Shown one piece after another: positions 1 through 13,254 of a stretch of DNA of 64,000 nucleotides. Made by a program: the position numbers and the translations under genes. Below the pieces are notes generated by a model that ran no database searches, was not told where the DNA came from, and saw only the letters and a list, made by a program, of their open reading frames with translations. The number at the start of each line of letters is the position of its first letter. Within the stretch, counting starts at the first letter, position 1. This DNA is from Raja brachyura (Eukaryota), in NCBI GenBank assembly GCA_963514005.1, contig OY740795.1:40300001-40364000 (forward strand). The letters are read 5' to 3'.

Positions 1-1735
1 TTGCCCATGTAGCCATGTTTTACATTTTATGATAAATATCTTCAAATTATTTGACTATAAGATGACAACCAGTAACAATACTGTCCCCACACTGCTACGG
101 CGAGAGAACAGGGAAAAAACAGTTTAGAACTAAGCATGTTGAAGGCATAGCCATCAAAATTGGATTTGGATGAAATACCAAAGTTAGAAGTTCTTGGGAT
201 TTTTCTGAAGCTGAATATTTGAGTGGGGGAAACAACATAACGACTGGAAAGCAAGGGTAATTAAAAAAATCATACTTTTGGGTTTGAACCCAGTCGAGCA
301 CAGCGGTGATTGGGGTAGTATGTGGTAGAATGTGTTGACAGCGCTTTGGAAGAATTTCATTTTATGGAGAATGATTGTAGGATCACTGAAATAGCCCATT
401 ATCACAGCTCGCCCAGTACCAAACTTGATTGGAGATCTTTAAATCCAGGACTTTGTAACAATTTTTTAAATGTAATAATTATTTGTAATTAGATTTAGTT
501 TTTATTACCTCGGTGTCAGATGATGTAAAAAAACCTCATGGATTCCTAAACAAATTGATGAAGGCTGAGCCCTGTCAGCCACGGCCTTAGCTTCTGTCTA
601 ATACAGCCAGCAGCCATCTTGGATGAGAGCTACAGGACTATGTTTTCTGTGGACTTGTCTCTGCCAAGGTCTCAATGCCTCACAATGAATACTTCCAGTA
701 TTCAGTGACCAAAATGATTGCACTAGGGATTCTGGGTGGAGTAGTTGTTCAAGAAGGATTCCATCTGCTAACACCCATCATATATTGCCATCCACCAAAG
801 TCCCCAAAGCTCCTCATGGGACTTTTTTATCAGTTGCACTTTCATCAGTTTCCAATGCAAAAGTTATTTATTTAAAAGTGAAGAAATTAATATTATTTAA
901 AATTCTCTGCTGTAACAAGTTATTGAGATAATGTCACAAAAATGCAGATGTAACAATTTAGAGCAAGATGCAGATTCTGAAATCCGGGTGGATCTGGTAG
1001 AGAATGAAAAAGGGTTTCACCTCAAAACGTCACGCGTCCATGTTCTCCAGACATGCTGCCTGACCCGCTGGGTTACTCCAGCACCTTGCATCCTTTTAAA
1101 CAAATTCTGAATATATTAACACTTTTTGGGGGGGAAAACAAGACCATTTTTTTTTATTCGCCCTATAATATAATCATGCAGATTCTTTACAAAATAGCAA
1201 ATTATTTTGGTACCCATGAGCAATTAAGAACAAAAATCAAGAAATTAAATAACTGTTTTCATGCTAAATTTGATTGTTGTTTGCGGATATGGTTCATAAA
1301 CCGTGATTATAAGCCCTGTTTTTTAAAATGTACTGGATATTTTATGCACCAGTTTGTCTTTAAATCTTAGATTAACGATGAATATGAGGAAATGTTAAGT
1401 ATTTTAATACCTCATCTTATTTACCTAATCATCATTCTGTATTATTCAGACAGCCAAGTGAAAATACTTTTTGAAGTTGATTGGTATTCTGACAGTGATG
1501 TGTAATCATCTGAATAAGATTATGATAGCCTAGAGCGTGCTAAATCTCAAAGCGTGCTAAATTAACATTCGTCAGCGAAGTATAGAGGAAGAAATGTGGT
1601 GGGGTGGGGGGAGAACATGTATTCCATGTAACTTTCCCTGTTATTACTGCGTCAGCAGTCACTTGAAGTTGGGATTATAGAAGGTTTATAGGTAGGATGT
1701 TGTTAAGTAATATGAGATTTCTTACGATTTTTCAG

Positions 1736-1885
1736 ATTGAGAGGGAAGTCGCCGATTTCATGATGAAATCCCTTAAGTATTGTGATACACACACAGAATC
1801 TGCAAGACAACCGTTGTGTCAATATCGGGCTGCAACCATTCATCATAGACTTGCTTCAATGTATCATAATTCCCTTCGAAACCAG
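1736..1885 (+). CDS. EDRF1: Erythroid differentiation regulatory factor 1, internal coding exon (gene starts upstream of window)
   Basis: ttcag|ATT...CAG|gtat; IEREVADFMMKSLKYCD...ARQPLCQYRAATIHHRLASMYH..LRNQ matches recalled EDRF1 C-terminal region; synteny with MMP21/UROS. Confidence 0.93.
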
Positions 1886-2603
1886 GTATATGGTGATTTT
1901 AAATCAAGTTTGTGTGTATTGTTTAAACTGCACATCTGACATTTGCATAGCAAGATTTAGTTTGTAACTCAAAAATCAATTATTTCCTGAAGTATTTCCA
2001 GATAATTTTTAAACCCGTAATTCAAATTTGACAAAGGCAAATCGAAGGATGAATAAATTCTAGGTGCGATCTACCGCAGAATGCTATAGGGAAACGAGAG
2101 CAGATTGCTGAGCTCCCGACAAATCTTTGCAACTTCATTAGGCACATATGAGACATCAGAAGACTGGAGCATAGCTTTTTAATTTTCTACACTCTTTGAC
2201 AATCTAGCCAAATCTGCAGTGAAACCGTCATATGATTGCACCTAGCTTTGTCATTTGCACAAAATCTCAGGAAACACAATGTGACAATCCTGCTACATAA
2301 AAAAGCCCCGACTTGAGATGTTGATTTATTATCCATTAAAAATGAAGCGTCTTTCACATTGTGGAAATCATACTGGTGATTATTAAAATTTGAAATTTGT
2401 CAGCTAGCTCTGGTCAAATGATTTGGATAATTTAAAGAAATTCGAAAGGCAATGTGTATTATTAATACAATAATTCTACATTTTGACACATAAAGAATCT
2501 GGCAAAAAATATTCTTATTGGTTTAGCTCGCATCCTAACAAAGCAGCAACAGAACATTGGTTTTAACAGGAAAGATGTACAATCAGTTTTTTTATAAATA
2601 CAG

Positions 2604-2757
2604 GTTGGCGATGATCATTTCCGTAAGCAGTACCGCAGTTTGGCTGATCTCCATTACAACAAGGCTGTAAAGCTGTTTCATTTGCTGAAAGATGCACCTT
2701 GTGAGCTTCTACGAGTTCAGTTAGAGCGGGTTGCATTTTCAGAGTTTCAGATGGCAA
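2604..2757 (+). CDS. EDRF1: EDRF1 coding exon
   Basis: cag|GTT...GCAA|gtaagt; VGDDHFRKQYRSLADLHYNKAVKLFHLLKDAPCELLRVQLERVAFSEFQMA; phase 0 to 1. Confidence 0.93.
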
Positions 2758-3441
2758 GTAAGTAAATATAAAGTTCTTCAACAACTACACTTTAATACTT
2801 TGAAAATATAGCTATTCCTAATAAGTGGATAAGTTGACTAGTGAACTGAGACACTCGAAGATTAAAGCTGGTGGGTATGGAGCATCTGTGTTCTTCATGA
2901 TAAGCAGATATTCTTTTGGAGGTTCTCAGTAGAATATCTTGGAACTCAAAGTACATTTTTTGTATACACTTAAACAGGAGTCGGCAACCTTGTTCTGCAT
3001 AGGGGCCAGGACCCATGTCTGTGAGCGGATGGATGCCATAGTGTGTAACTTGGTGTTGTTCTTCACATTAGTTTTCACGTGTTTTTCCATTAATTTTCTG
3101 CAGTTCCCAGGTCCCTCTCATACCCCGGGACTGGCTGCAGTTCCCAGGTCGGCACACCACAATAAGTTCTCCCAATCAGTGATTCGATAGAATAACATAT
3201 CCACTGAAAGATCGTGATCTTTGGTGCTCATTATTTTCAATCAAAAGCATTTTTTGTTAAAATTAAGATCCAGGCTGTTTCATTTTAAACAATCATTATT
3301 TGAAATTAAAACATCATGCACAGAATTTAAATTAAAAGCAGACATGTCCGTCCATGATTTAATTTGTCTTTATGTTGGCATCCTTTTTTTAAATGAAGCC
3401 TGCTTGCCACAATTGTGAGGTTCCCTTTTCTCCATTTGCAG

Positions 3442-3557
3442 ATCAGAATAGCAATGCCTCAAAGTTGAAGACTCTTTCAAGCGCATTGGATATAATCATT
3501 AATTCAGAATATCCATTTCAACTGATACAAAGTGAACTGGCATGTGTTCAAGCACAG
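3442..3557 (+). CDS. EDRF1: EDRF1 coding exon
   Basis: tgcag|AT...CAG|gtaact; QNSNASKLKTLSSALDIIINSEYPFQLIQSELACVQAQ; phase 1 to 0. Confidence 0.92.
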
Positions 3558-4153
3558 GTAACTATTTTTGTACAATTTTGGGGCAAGTGAGCGCAGGAGT
3601 TTGGCATATTCTATTTTTCATAAGATCAAGAAAGGAGCATGCTTACTAAAAGGTTTAAGATGGCCAGTACCTAAGGCACTTATTAAAGCAGGCCTTATAT
3701 GCCAGATGGCAACTGACTTGCTAAAATCAATCTGAGTTGAAATTAGTTATATTTGGTGTTAACACATCAAAATGTATAAACTAGTTTTCATTATTATAAT
3801 AGCCATTGTAGATATTTGCAATAAAAGTTCCAGAAAGTTTTGCAAATGACATGGAAAATGGTGGTGGTGTTGATAATGAGGAATACAGTCTTTCATTACA
3901 GGATGATATTGATGAGTTGGTAGGATGGGCAGAGAGATGGCCGATGGAATTTTATTTTTAGTGTGAGGTGATGCACGTTGAGAAGATTAATAAGAAAAAC
4001 TCCAATTGTCCACTATCCTATTGATCACCAATCCTAATGGTTTGGCATCTGGCTCATTTTGTTGGGTGACCATTCCCTATGTTCATTGAACGTCACCAGG
4101 GCCCATGGAAAATGTATTATGTTACGATGTATCATCTCAAATTAATAGTGTGT

Positions 4154-4724
4154 AATGCCCCTGTTCCACTTAGGAAACCTGAACGGAAACCTCTGGAGAC
4201 TTTGCGCCCCACCCCGAGGTTCCCGGAGGTTTTTGTCAGTCTCCCTCGAAAGTGGTTTCCACTTCTTCTATGTTCCGGCGATTATTTCAAAAAATTCAAA
4301 ACCGGCCGCGACTAAAAATAGGTTGCCATTTAAAAATTTTTGGAGTTAATTTTTTAGTCGAAGCTGGTTGCGATGCTAGTTGAACGTGGTTGTCGGAGGT
4401 TGCAGGTAGTGGAAGGTAAGACCTTTTTTTCACCCAGTTTTATTCCACCAAGGAGGTCTTATCTTCCACTACCTGCAACCTCCGGCAACCACCTTCAACT
4501 AGCATCGCAACCGGCTTCGACTTAAAAATTACCGATTTTTAAAACGGCAACGTATTTTTAGTCACGGCCGGTTTTGAATTTTTTAAATAATCGCCAGAAC
4601 ATAGAACCAATTTCGACCATTAGGGAGACTGACAAAAACCTCCGGGAACCGCACAGAAACCTTGAGTGGGGCGCAAACTCTCCAGAGGTTTCCGTTCAGG
4701 TTTCCTAAGTAGGACAGGGGCATT
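4154..4724. mobile_element. Palindromic non-autonomous DNA transposon (MITE, possibly PIF/Harbinger-like)
   Basis: Ends AATGCCCCTGTTCCACTTAGGAAACCTGAACGGAAACCTCTGGAGA / TCTCCAGAGGTTTCCGTTCAGGTTTCCTAAGTAGGACAGGGGCATT; arms complementary nearly to the centre (~4420-4455). Confidence 0.8.
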
Positions 4725-4863
4725 GGTGTATTAAGAGGGGTAATATCCAATATTCAGGAAAACGTGCAATCTGTCACCACTAAAATCCTGAAATTATTGG
4801 AATCTTATTGTAAAAGGAATCTTTTTCCATTAGCAAAGATGTCTGACAGCAGAGAGCTTGGAA

Positions 4864-5121
4864 ATAGAAACATAGGTAAAGGAGTAGGTCCTTCGAGCCA
4901 TTCAATATTATCATCTAATATCAGTACCCCGTTCCTACCTTTTGCCCATCTCCCTTGATTCCGTTAGCTCTAAGAGCTAAATCTAACTCTTTCTTGAAAA
5001 CATCCACTGAATTGACCTCCATTGCCTTCTGTGACAGAATTCCACAGATTCACAACTCTGGATGGAAAAGTTTTTTCTCATCTCCGTCCTAATGAAAACG
5101 TTTTTCTTCATCTCAGTCCTA
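4864..5121 (-). mobile_element. CR1 LINE 3' fragment
   Basis: Same 3' end sequence as copies at 51498 and 61078 (ATAGAAACATAG tail, GAATTCCACAGATTCACAACTCT). Confidence 0.75.
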
Positions 5122-5275
5122 AAGTTAGGTTAGGAAGGGCAAAAAAAACTCAGTGGGATTCTGAGGAAAAACTTTTTATCCGGTGGTGAAAATTGGAAAG
5201 CACTGAGTGAGTGATCGAGGCAGCTCAGATGTTCTAAGCTGCCTCTATCTTAGAACATCTAAGAATTAAATGAGT

Positions 5276-5407
5276 TAAGAAGGGTCTCGACCTAAAACGT
5301 CACCCATTCCTTCTCTCCAGAGATGCTGCCTGTCCTGCTGAGTTACTCCAACATTTTGTGTCTACCTTCGATATAAACCAGCATCTGCAGTTCTTTCCTA
5401 CATACTG
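5276..5407 (+). mobile_element. Solo Penelope terminal-repeat copy with target-site duplication
   Basis: GAAGGGTCTCGACCTAAAACGTCACC...CTGCAGTTC flanked by AGAATTAAATGAGT at 5262-5275 and 5408-5421. Confidence 0.75.
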
Positions 5408-5617
5408 AGAATTAAATGAGTCTTGAATCACAAAGGCATAAAAGTTGTGGCCCAAGTGCATGTAAATGAGATGAGTAAGATTGGGTACCTGACAATCAGC
5501 ATGGATATGGTGGGTCGAAGAGCCAGGTTTTTTTTTTTTTACTCTGACGTTCATTTTACATATTTAGAAGAAAAATTATTTTGTGTTAACTTTTCATGTT
5601 TGTATCCATTGATCCAG

Positions 5618-5778
5618 CAAAGTGATTGCCTTGAACATCGGGAGGGAAATGCACCTGAAAATGATTCTTCTATCTTTAATGAAGAAGAGATTCTAAAACT
5701 TGTCAACATGTTTGAAACCCGGCTTACCTTTCTTCTGTTTCAACTTATCAAATTGCTGACGACAAAAAGAAAAAGCAG
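5618..5778 (+). CDS. EDRF1: EDRF1 coding exon
   Basis: ccag|CAA...AG|gtaaat; ...NEEEILKLVNMFETRLTFLLFQLIKLLTTKRKS; phase 0 to 2. Confidence 0.88.
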
Positions 5779-6260
5779 GTAAATTAGTTTTCCTATTCAT
5801 TAATAACTTGATTTCCAAATATTTCCCAGGTACATTGGGATTAGATTTTTTTTAATGTTACCACAATATGTGGAGATTATTTAATATTGATCAAATTGTT
5901 TATGGCCTGCCCCTGCTGAAATCTGAATCATTTTTTGAGATGGGTCCACACCTATCCTTTAATCTGGTGGGATCTAATTTCATAAAGTTTTGTCCCTTGT
6001 CTTGTCATCTACTTAAAATTTATTAGGAGACAAGATCATAAAATTGCCTTTTATTGCAGTTTCAAAGCTATTTGTCATTCAACCACAAAGTCCAGAAAAG
6101 TCACTTAATTTGAATCAAGTGTTCTGATTTTATTGTGGGAATCAAAGTGATAAAATGTGCTCCAATTTGGAAAATATGGTACAATTGGGGGAAAATAATA
6201 AATGGGATTTGATTCAAATTTTGCATTCTTAAACTTGTACTGTTTTTCTTTAATATATAG

Positions 6261-6402
6261 TGGCATCATTGATGATCAGATGGCATTGAAAAACTACAAA
6301 TATGCTTATTCAACGTTACTGCGGGCAACAGCAGATAAGGACACTTCTCTACTGCAGAGGGTGGAAGTGATACTGAGTTTATTAAAACAATTATCGAGTT
6401 AA
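6261..6402 (+). CDS. EDRF1: EDRF1 last coding exon
   Basis: atag|T GGC...TAA; GIIDDQMALKNYKYAYSTLLRATADKDTSLLQRVEVILSLLKQLSS*; AATAAA candidates at 7115 and 8335. Confidence 0.92.
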
Positions 6403-9373
6403 TGACTACAAGATGTCCTCTGTTACCGTAATGACAGCATCATTAGAATATTGCTTATCTTTACTGACTTGATGCTATCTGAACAGGCAGTTGATGCAAT
6501 CTGTTCAAACTTCAACAGGCTTCAATGTTCTACAGAGTTATAATCATACGGTGTTACTAGTCTGGAAGGTATTCCTGCAACAAATAAGTATCGCCTATTT
6601 GAAGCAATACATTGATTTACTATTGGATGTTGTAATGACATAATCCAAATCTGGGAACTTAGTCTGTTATACGTTACCTAGTATCGGGCAAATTGGTAGT
6701 TATGGTGCTCCAGTTAGCCATGCCATTCCCGAGTTAGGGTGTGTGGTGAAACAATTTATGTTTCCTGCTGCTGCTGGCTTTTTCCGGTGAATGCAGGATT
6801 AGGTTTGACAATGGTATCTTCACATTTTGTAGTTACTTGAAACTTACTACCTCAAACTTGTCAGATATGAATGATTATGGTGGGGAAACTGAGATCTGTA
6901 TCCCCGTATGAGTCACTGTCAACAAGAAAGGAGGAGGAAAATGGTAACAATAGCAATTTAAAAGTTTATTTATAATATTGTTTTTTTATTATTTTCAACA
7001 TGTATGTAAATGGAATTTCAAAATTTCACAGAGTTGCTACATGAAATATAAACCATGCAACTACAGGCAACATAAATGACACACTCAGAATTGTGTAGAA
7101 CTAAAAGGTGCCGTAATAAAACTTTTTGCTCTCAAAATCAACTCGCAAGACAATCTACAGTGTCATAAACTGATATTTGGAGTACTTTGCAATTTACAAT
7201 AGAATATTCACACAATAATGATAAAACATTCGTTGCAAATTTACTTTTCATTTCAAAATGAAAGCATAAGACCTGTAGAGACTTGATCAGCTCTGGGCCA
7301 TAAAGTTGCTTTTTTCTCAGAATGTATGTTTCAGACAGGATTTATTTCCTAGCCTTATTTAACTTTGAGAAGTGCAAGGCTTTCTATTATATACATGGTG
7401 AAGCTACTCTGACGACTACATTAGCTGAGACTGAACCAGCAACAAGTGAATCATAATACCTGTCTAAGCTAATAAGCTGGCAACATTCGCGAAGGAGATG
7501 TTTCCAGGCAGTTGTTAAATGAGGTGATGAGTTTGAGAAAGTGTCAAATGAATGTTTAGATTTTCTGCAGTCCATTATATATTTGGTGTGTATTGTCTAC
7601 CAGAAGTAGAGGGGTAGTACCTTTTTAAGTATGAACACATTTCTTATCAGGTTTTTTTTTTTTTGGGTAGTTTCCATTTTTTTTTACTTTGAAATTGAAC
7701 CCATCCCAAGAGAATGGTATGTTCCATCACATTCCTAACTGTTCTGTTATGCTCCCAACATACATTTGAATTGATAAGGAGCCTCTTGTTGAAGAACAGC
7801 CACTCTTTATGTAATTTGATAGCTATGGCACCATTGGGGCCAATCCAGTAAAGTTTGTGTACGTTAATGAATGTGCAGGGCAGAGGGGTTTACGAGAAAG
7901 GAGCAATAAAGTGGAGTTGACGGTCAGGGTAATCTTTACAAGAATGGTCATTGCCTATTGATGTTACTCACCACTTAATCAACTAAAAGCCTGGATGATA
8001 AATTCTATGCAGATGGAGAGTTTCATTATTGATATTTAGGCAATCTACTGATAATGTGTGAGATGAATGATGAGATTCTCAATGTGCATGTTTTTCATAA
8101 TGATCACTATCGCTAACTTTCTGAAAAACCTGCAGATAATCTACTCAATCAATCTAGGAAAGATTTTTAAAAATTGTATGGCTTGCGTTGGAACTGATAA
8201 ACAGGTCCAATGAAATACTTGTTATTGTAAAGCATTGAGATGTTCCATCATGAAAAGTGCTATTTAAAATGTTTTTTTGTGTGTGCACATGATATTCTTG
8301 TGTGTTTCAACATGTTAAATATCTCTAGTTTCACAATAAAATTGCTTTTAATAAAGTGTTCAATAGTGATAAGTTAAGATTTTCAGGATTTACAGTGTGC
8401 ATCTTGTATACAGGATTTTTGCTAACAAGTTGTAAAATTTGTAACTAATTGTATATTTGAAACAATGTGCAATGTTCTTTAATGGGCAATTTGAATGCAA
8501 AAAATATAAATCAGGGGTCAATATTTATACTGTAACTTTAATGTATGATTTGAATGAATAACATGAGCATGCATTTGGAATGTGCAAAGAATGACTCTTT
8601 AATTAGTATGTTGATGAAAATTCTGGTATTTTATTCATAAGTTTATTTCCTTTTGAGCTATTCTTCCTTTTGTAGATTGAATGAGATTATTTTATTTAGA
8701 GAACCAGTCTTCGTAAATCCACCTCGAGATTTGTCAGGCAGTTTGAAAAATGTTAAGTTGATAGAGAAAGAGGGAACACAACTATTAGATGCTAAGCAGA
8801 AACTAATTCTATCATCTTTTATAATTAGCTGTATGGTTTAATCAAACCTTGAGGGCTATGTGGCATTTCAATATTCAGAAATGTATTATATTTTGGAAAA
8901 ATGTTCACTCTGCTGCCAATAGGTATAAATACCATGTGACATTCTTAAACATATTTAATAAATAAGAAAGCAACTACTTTCACTTGTCCTTTGTACTAAA
9001 CAAATAACTAACCAGAAGCAGTAAGTTGGCTATTCAGTTATAACCATCTATGCAGTAGCTTAGTAGAAAACTAATTTCAGTATCTTTTTTACTGCATAGC
9101 TGTACTGTCTGCACTTAAAATACTACATATTAAGTTTGACACATTTAAATGTTTTATCCCTTATTTTAATATTTAGAATTGTATGATAGTTTGTCTCAGA
9201 CATACAGGTTTGTCATTTTAAATGTTTCTTGTCCTTAAGTTTGGATACTTTTTGGCATAAGACTACAGCATTTGGTTCAAAAGCAGGCTAACGGTGCATT
9301 TGCAATTCAAAATAGCCTTTGTCGTATTTTAAAGCCTATCATTAGCAATTAAAAACGGTATTAATTTCAGCAT

Positions 9374-9667
9374 CTAGTTCAGCATAGAATAATGAACATT
9401 GCAAATATCAAACCATTGTTCTGATATATTTCTTTTGGGCAATAATCCATTCATTGGCAGTATTGGGTTCTGCTTTATATCCCAATCATCAACTACTTTC
9501 CAAAAGAAATTGCCTTTGAAGAAAAAGATTGATTGGTGGTGATATGAATAGTATACAGCATTTAGATTTTCAATGGGATGATCATTCAGCACTACTGGTG
9601 GAAATACATCTATGATTCTTTTTGGAGGTCCAATAACCTGTTTGGTATTCACATTGAAAGTAGTAAC
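9374..9667 (-). CDS. MMP21: Matrix metalloproteinase-21 exon 7 (hemopexin end, stop)
   Basis: cag|GTT; VTTFNVNTKQVIGPPKRIIDVFP...FFFKGNFFWKVV...WFDICNVHYSMLN*. Confidence 0.93.
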   Translation of the reverse strand, partial: VTTFNVNTKQVIGPPKRIIDVFPPVVLNDHPIENLNAVYYSYHHQSIFFFKGNFFWKVVDDWDIKQNPILPMNGLLPKRNISEQWFDICNVHYSMLN

Positions 9668-9707
9668 CTGTAAAGAAAATAAATGTAGTTAAATATAGAA
9701 CAATGAG

Positions 9708-10055
9708 ACTCAGTCTGAAGAAGGGTACCGACCAAAAACGTCACCTATTCCTTTTCTCCAGAGATGCTGCCTGATCCGCTGAGTTACGCCAGCTTTGTGT
9801 GTCCATCTTCAGTATAAACCAGTATCTGCAGTTCCTTCACATTTTGTCTGCTCCACTCATCACTTGCCTGGCTTTGTCCTGCCCACACCACTCTTTCAGC
9901 TTTCGTTCCCCCACTACAATCAGTCTGACTAAGTGACCTGACCCGATATGTCGCCTCTCCATGTTTCCAAGAGATGCTACCTAACTCACTGAGTTACTTT
10001 AGCAATTTGTGGGGGGGTTCCTGTTTAAGATTCCAGCATCTGCAGTTCCCTGTTT
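9708..10055 (+). mobile_element. Two tandem Penelope terminal-repeat-derived copies
   Basis: CAGTCTGAAGAAGGGT...AAACGTCACC...GCTGAGTTAC...CTGCAGTTCC twice; second copy more decayed. Confidence 0.7.
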
Positions 10056-10059
10056 CTAC

Positions 10060-11260
10060 ATAATTTGCATTAACTTCTGCAACTTGAGTAAGGGTTCAAA
10101 TGTATCCCTGGAGGAGTTTTGGGAACTGAGGAGTAGCAGAAGGGCAAAAAGAGAGCAGGAGATAGCTATTGCAGATAATATTAAGTGAAATCCAAGGGGA
10201 TTATGTAGATTTAATGGAAAGAGAGTGACTAGGGAGAGAATAGCGCCCCTTAGAAACCGAAGCATGCATGTCGGTGGCCAATGTCAATGGATATTTCTCC
10301 TGTGTTTACTGTGGAGAAAGATGTGAAGACTGGGGAACTTGGAAAAGTTAATGAAAATGTGCAGGACAGTCGGTATTACAGTCAAGGAGGCACTGAATGT
10401 CAAAATGTGTACGAAGATGGTTAAATATCCCTCACCAGATCAGATATCAAGAACACTGTGGGAAGCTACATATGAAAATGCAGGCACCCTGGCTGAGATA
10501 TACAAATCATTGGTGGTACACAAAATGCTGGAGAAACTCAGCGGGTGCAGCAGCATCTAAGGAGCAAAGGAGACAGGCGACGTTTCGGGTCGAGACCCTT
10601 CTCATTAGGTATGGGTGAGGTGCCTTAAGACTGGAGGGTGGCTAATGTTATGCCTCTATTTAAGAAGGGTTGCAAGGAAAAGCCTGGGAACTAGAGGCCA
10701 GTGAGCCTAACATCAATGGTAGGCATGTATTCTTAGTTGTGTGTGTGTATATATATATATATATGCATTTGGATAGACGGGCTGAGAGTCAGTGTGGTTT
10801 TGTACATGAGAGATAGTGTCTCACAAGTACGTTTTTTTGAGGATGTAACTAAAAATGTTGATGAGGGCAAAGCCCTGGACATCATCTATATGGACTTCAA
10901 CAAAGCACTTGATCAGGATCTGCCAGGTAGGCTGCTTTGGAAGGTTAGATCGTATGGAATCCAGAGAGAGCTAGGCGACTGGATAGAGAATTGACTTCAT
11001 GGAAGGAAGCAGAGGTGATGGGGGAAAGATTTAATAGGATCCTGAGGAGGAACACATTTACACAAAGGGTGGTGGGCACATGGAACAAGCTGCCAGAGGA
11101 GGTAGTTGAGGCAGATACACAATGTATAAAATACATTGGGACAGGTACATGGATAGGATAGGTTTAAAAGGATATGTGCCACACATAGGCAGATGCCCAA
11201 AGGGCATGTTGGTTGGCATGGGCAAGTTGGGCCAAAGGGTCAGTTGTCATGCTGTATGAC
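10060..11260 (+). mobile_element. Decayed CR1 LINE with a nested Penelope terminal repeat (10516-10605, minus)
   Basis: FFEDVTKNVDEGKALDIIYMDFNKA..WIEN CR1 RT-like peptide; CR1 3' end near 11250. Confidence 0.8.
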
Positions 11261-11501
11261 TAATTCAGTCAAATTTAACTTGCTCTGACACCCCATTCCA
11301 ATTCATAACAATTAATTTATCTTAAATTATTCTCTATATGTCTTAATAGCAGATGGTGATATCGACCCATCTCTTTCTGATGTTGCTTGCACACCTTCCT
11401 GTCGTATATTACTCTTAATGCTCTCAGGATAACTAGGATTGAGTAAAAAATGATTTGTATCTGTTGTCACGTGTGGCCCAAGACCAAGTAAAAATACTTA
11501 C

Positions 11502-11674
11502 ATTTGGTCCTTTGAAAAAATATATATGTTGGTCTCTCCTATCATACAAAGCTGCATCGACAGGCCCTGTAACACCTGGAAAACCGTCAGAAATTAACAT
11601 GGGATATCTGTTTCCCTCGGTGTCCATTGTGTAAATATGATCATTTTCATTATCATATCTCCAATACTGAGTAC
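11502..11674 (-). CDS. MMP21: MMP21 exon 6 (hemopexin)
   Basis: GTQYWRYDNENDHIY...YPMLISDGFPGVTGPVDAALYDRRDQHIYFFKGPN; AG/GT boundaries, phase 1 to 0. Confidence 0.94.
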
Positions 11675-11753
11675 CTGCATAAGAGTACAAATTCACATTG
11701 AAAGCATCTCTCCATTAATTAACTGCTAATAACTATGTTGGTTATTAAATCAC

Positions 11754-12011
11754 CTTTAAAGAAATAGATGGCATCTCTTGTCCACGTCCATATGTGCACA
11801 ATTGCATCAATTCCAGCACTTGGAATTCCTTGCCATCCAACTGAGGTTGCAACGGGATCTCCATAGCGTGTTCGATTATTACGATTTTCATAAAGCCAAT
11901 ACAATTCATTTCGGAAGAAATATGTGTTAAATTGAATCATCAGCTCTCCGTAATGATTTTTCTCCTTGTGAATCCAGTCAAATACCGTGTCAAAAGGACT
12001 TTCACAAATAC
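11754..12011 (-). CDS. MMP21: MMP21 exon 5 (hemopexin)
   Basis: [13 protein letters not shown]...[25 protein letters not shown]...[14 protein letters not shown]; followed by a 79-nt intron. Confidence 0.94.
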
Positions 12012-13254
12012 CTATGAAGAATAAGGGATATAAATCTATTTGCCAAATTGTCTTAAATAATTTGCTCAACCATAACCGTTGTAATGCAAGCCTTATCATG
12101 TATTATGATGACAAGCAACTATGTATATTGCAGCAACATTGTATAATAGAGCTTTTTTGTAGGAAAAAAAAGGGTTTTTTTTTCAAATTCTTGGCATGAC
12201 TTTTAGCTTATCTCTCTCTTCCTGGACCCTTGCCATCTCCAATTCTAGACCACTTGTTACCAATTACATTTGGATCGCTGTCATTAAATGGATGAACATT
12301 TGCCTTTGACAAGATGGCTGGTGGAGATTCCATTGTGGAAGAGGTTTATGACCATGTTACACAAGAATGTATCTGAGCTAGATATTAGATGACGGGTATT
12401 TTCCCAGAGAAATGTATACAGGTCCTCATCGTGTTACAAATGCCTGACCTATATATAGCCTGTACATAAGAACTAATGGTTGAGAGAACAGCAGGGTGGA
12501 TTTGCTAGCTGATATACAGCATCTGATATCTGCCCTGTGGGAACTGTTTGTGGTAATATTGAATCTTGTATTGAGATAAATGTCTGATTTAATTATACAT
12601 TGCTCTTGGTTGGCCCATGTTTTTATCTAAATATATTGTTGAGTGGCCTTGTTTCAGGCTTGCTAACTGTTCAGGTTACAAACAGTTCTTTGGAGCAGAA
12701 CCCTGTCTGAACCTGATGAGGAACTGTACCTGGAAACAAATGCAAATAGTTTGGAGGTTGGATGAGATCATGGTTTTTCATGCTATGCTAATGAAAATCA
12801 ATAAAACCCACAATAGATCATGTTACATTGCACCATTGCTAACATTTGACCTGGCATTTCTAGTTATTAATTTATCTTTGTGGTATTGAATTTTTCCAAA
12901 TAAGTGAAGCATTTGATGTCAACATTCCCTGGGCAACACTGGTTGTCTGCAAGGAACTTGAACCATATTATCCTGGGGGTGCCTGCAACGGGATACAGCT
13001 TGATAAACAAGGTCTTAAATCTGTAGTGTCGCATTGGGAGTCATGTAGGTAACTGAGAAACTTTAACTCCAAGGCACACCTTGCAGAACACCCACCTTTT
13101 CATTGATTCCTCATCCTTTTATCTTTGTTATCATCTCCAACTCCTCTAGATTTCAGTGTACCTGATACACGATCTCCGGTGGCCTCATTAACTTTTTATA
13201 TAGTTGTGCCATAACATCCTTGCTCTTTCATTGTGTGCCACAACTAATCTAGAA

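Noticed and set aside
1534-1562. 12-bp direct repeat AGCGTGCTAAAT (similar small duplications at ~3098-3150 and ~31557-31588)
   Set aside because: Ordinary slippage-size duplications with no further structure
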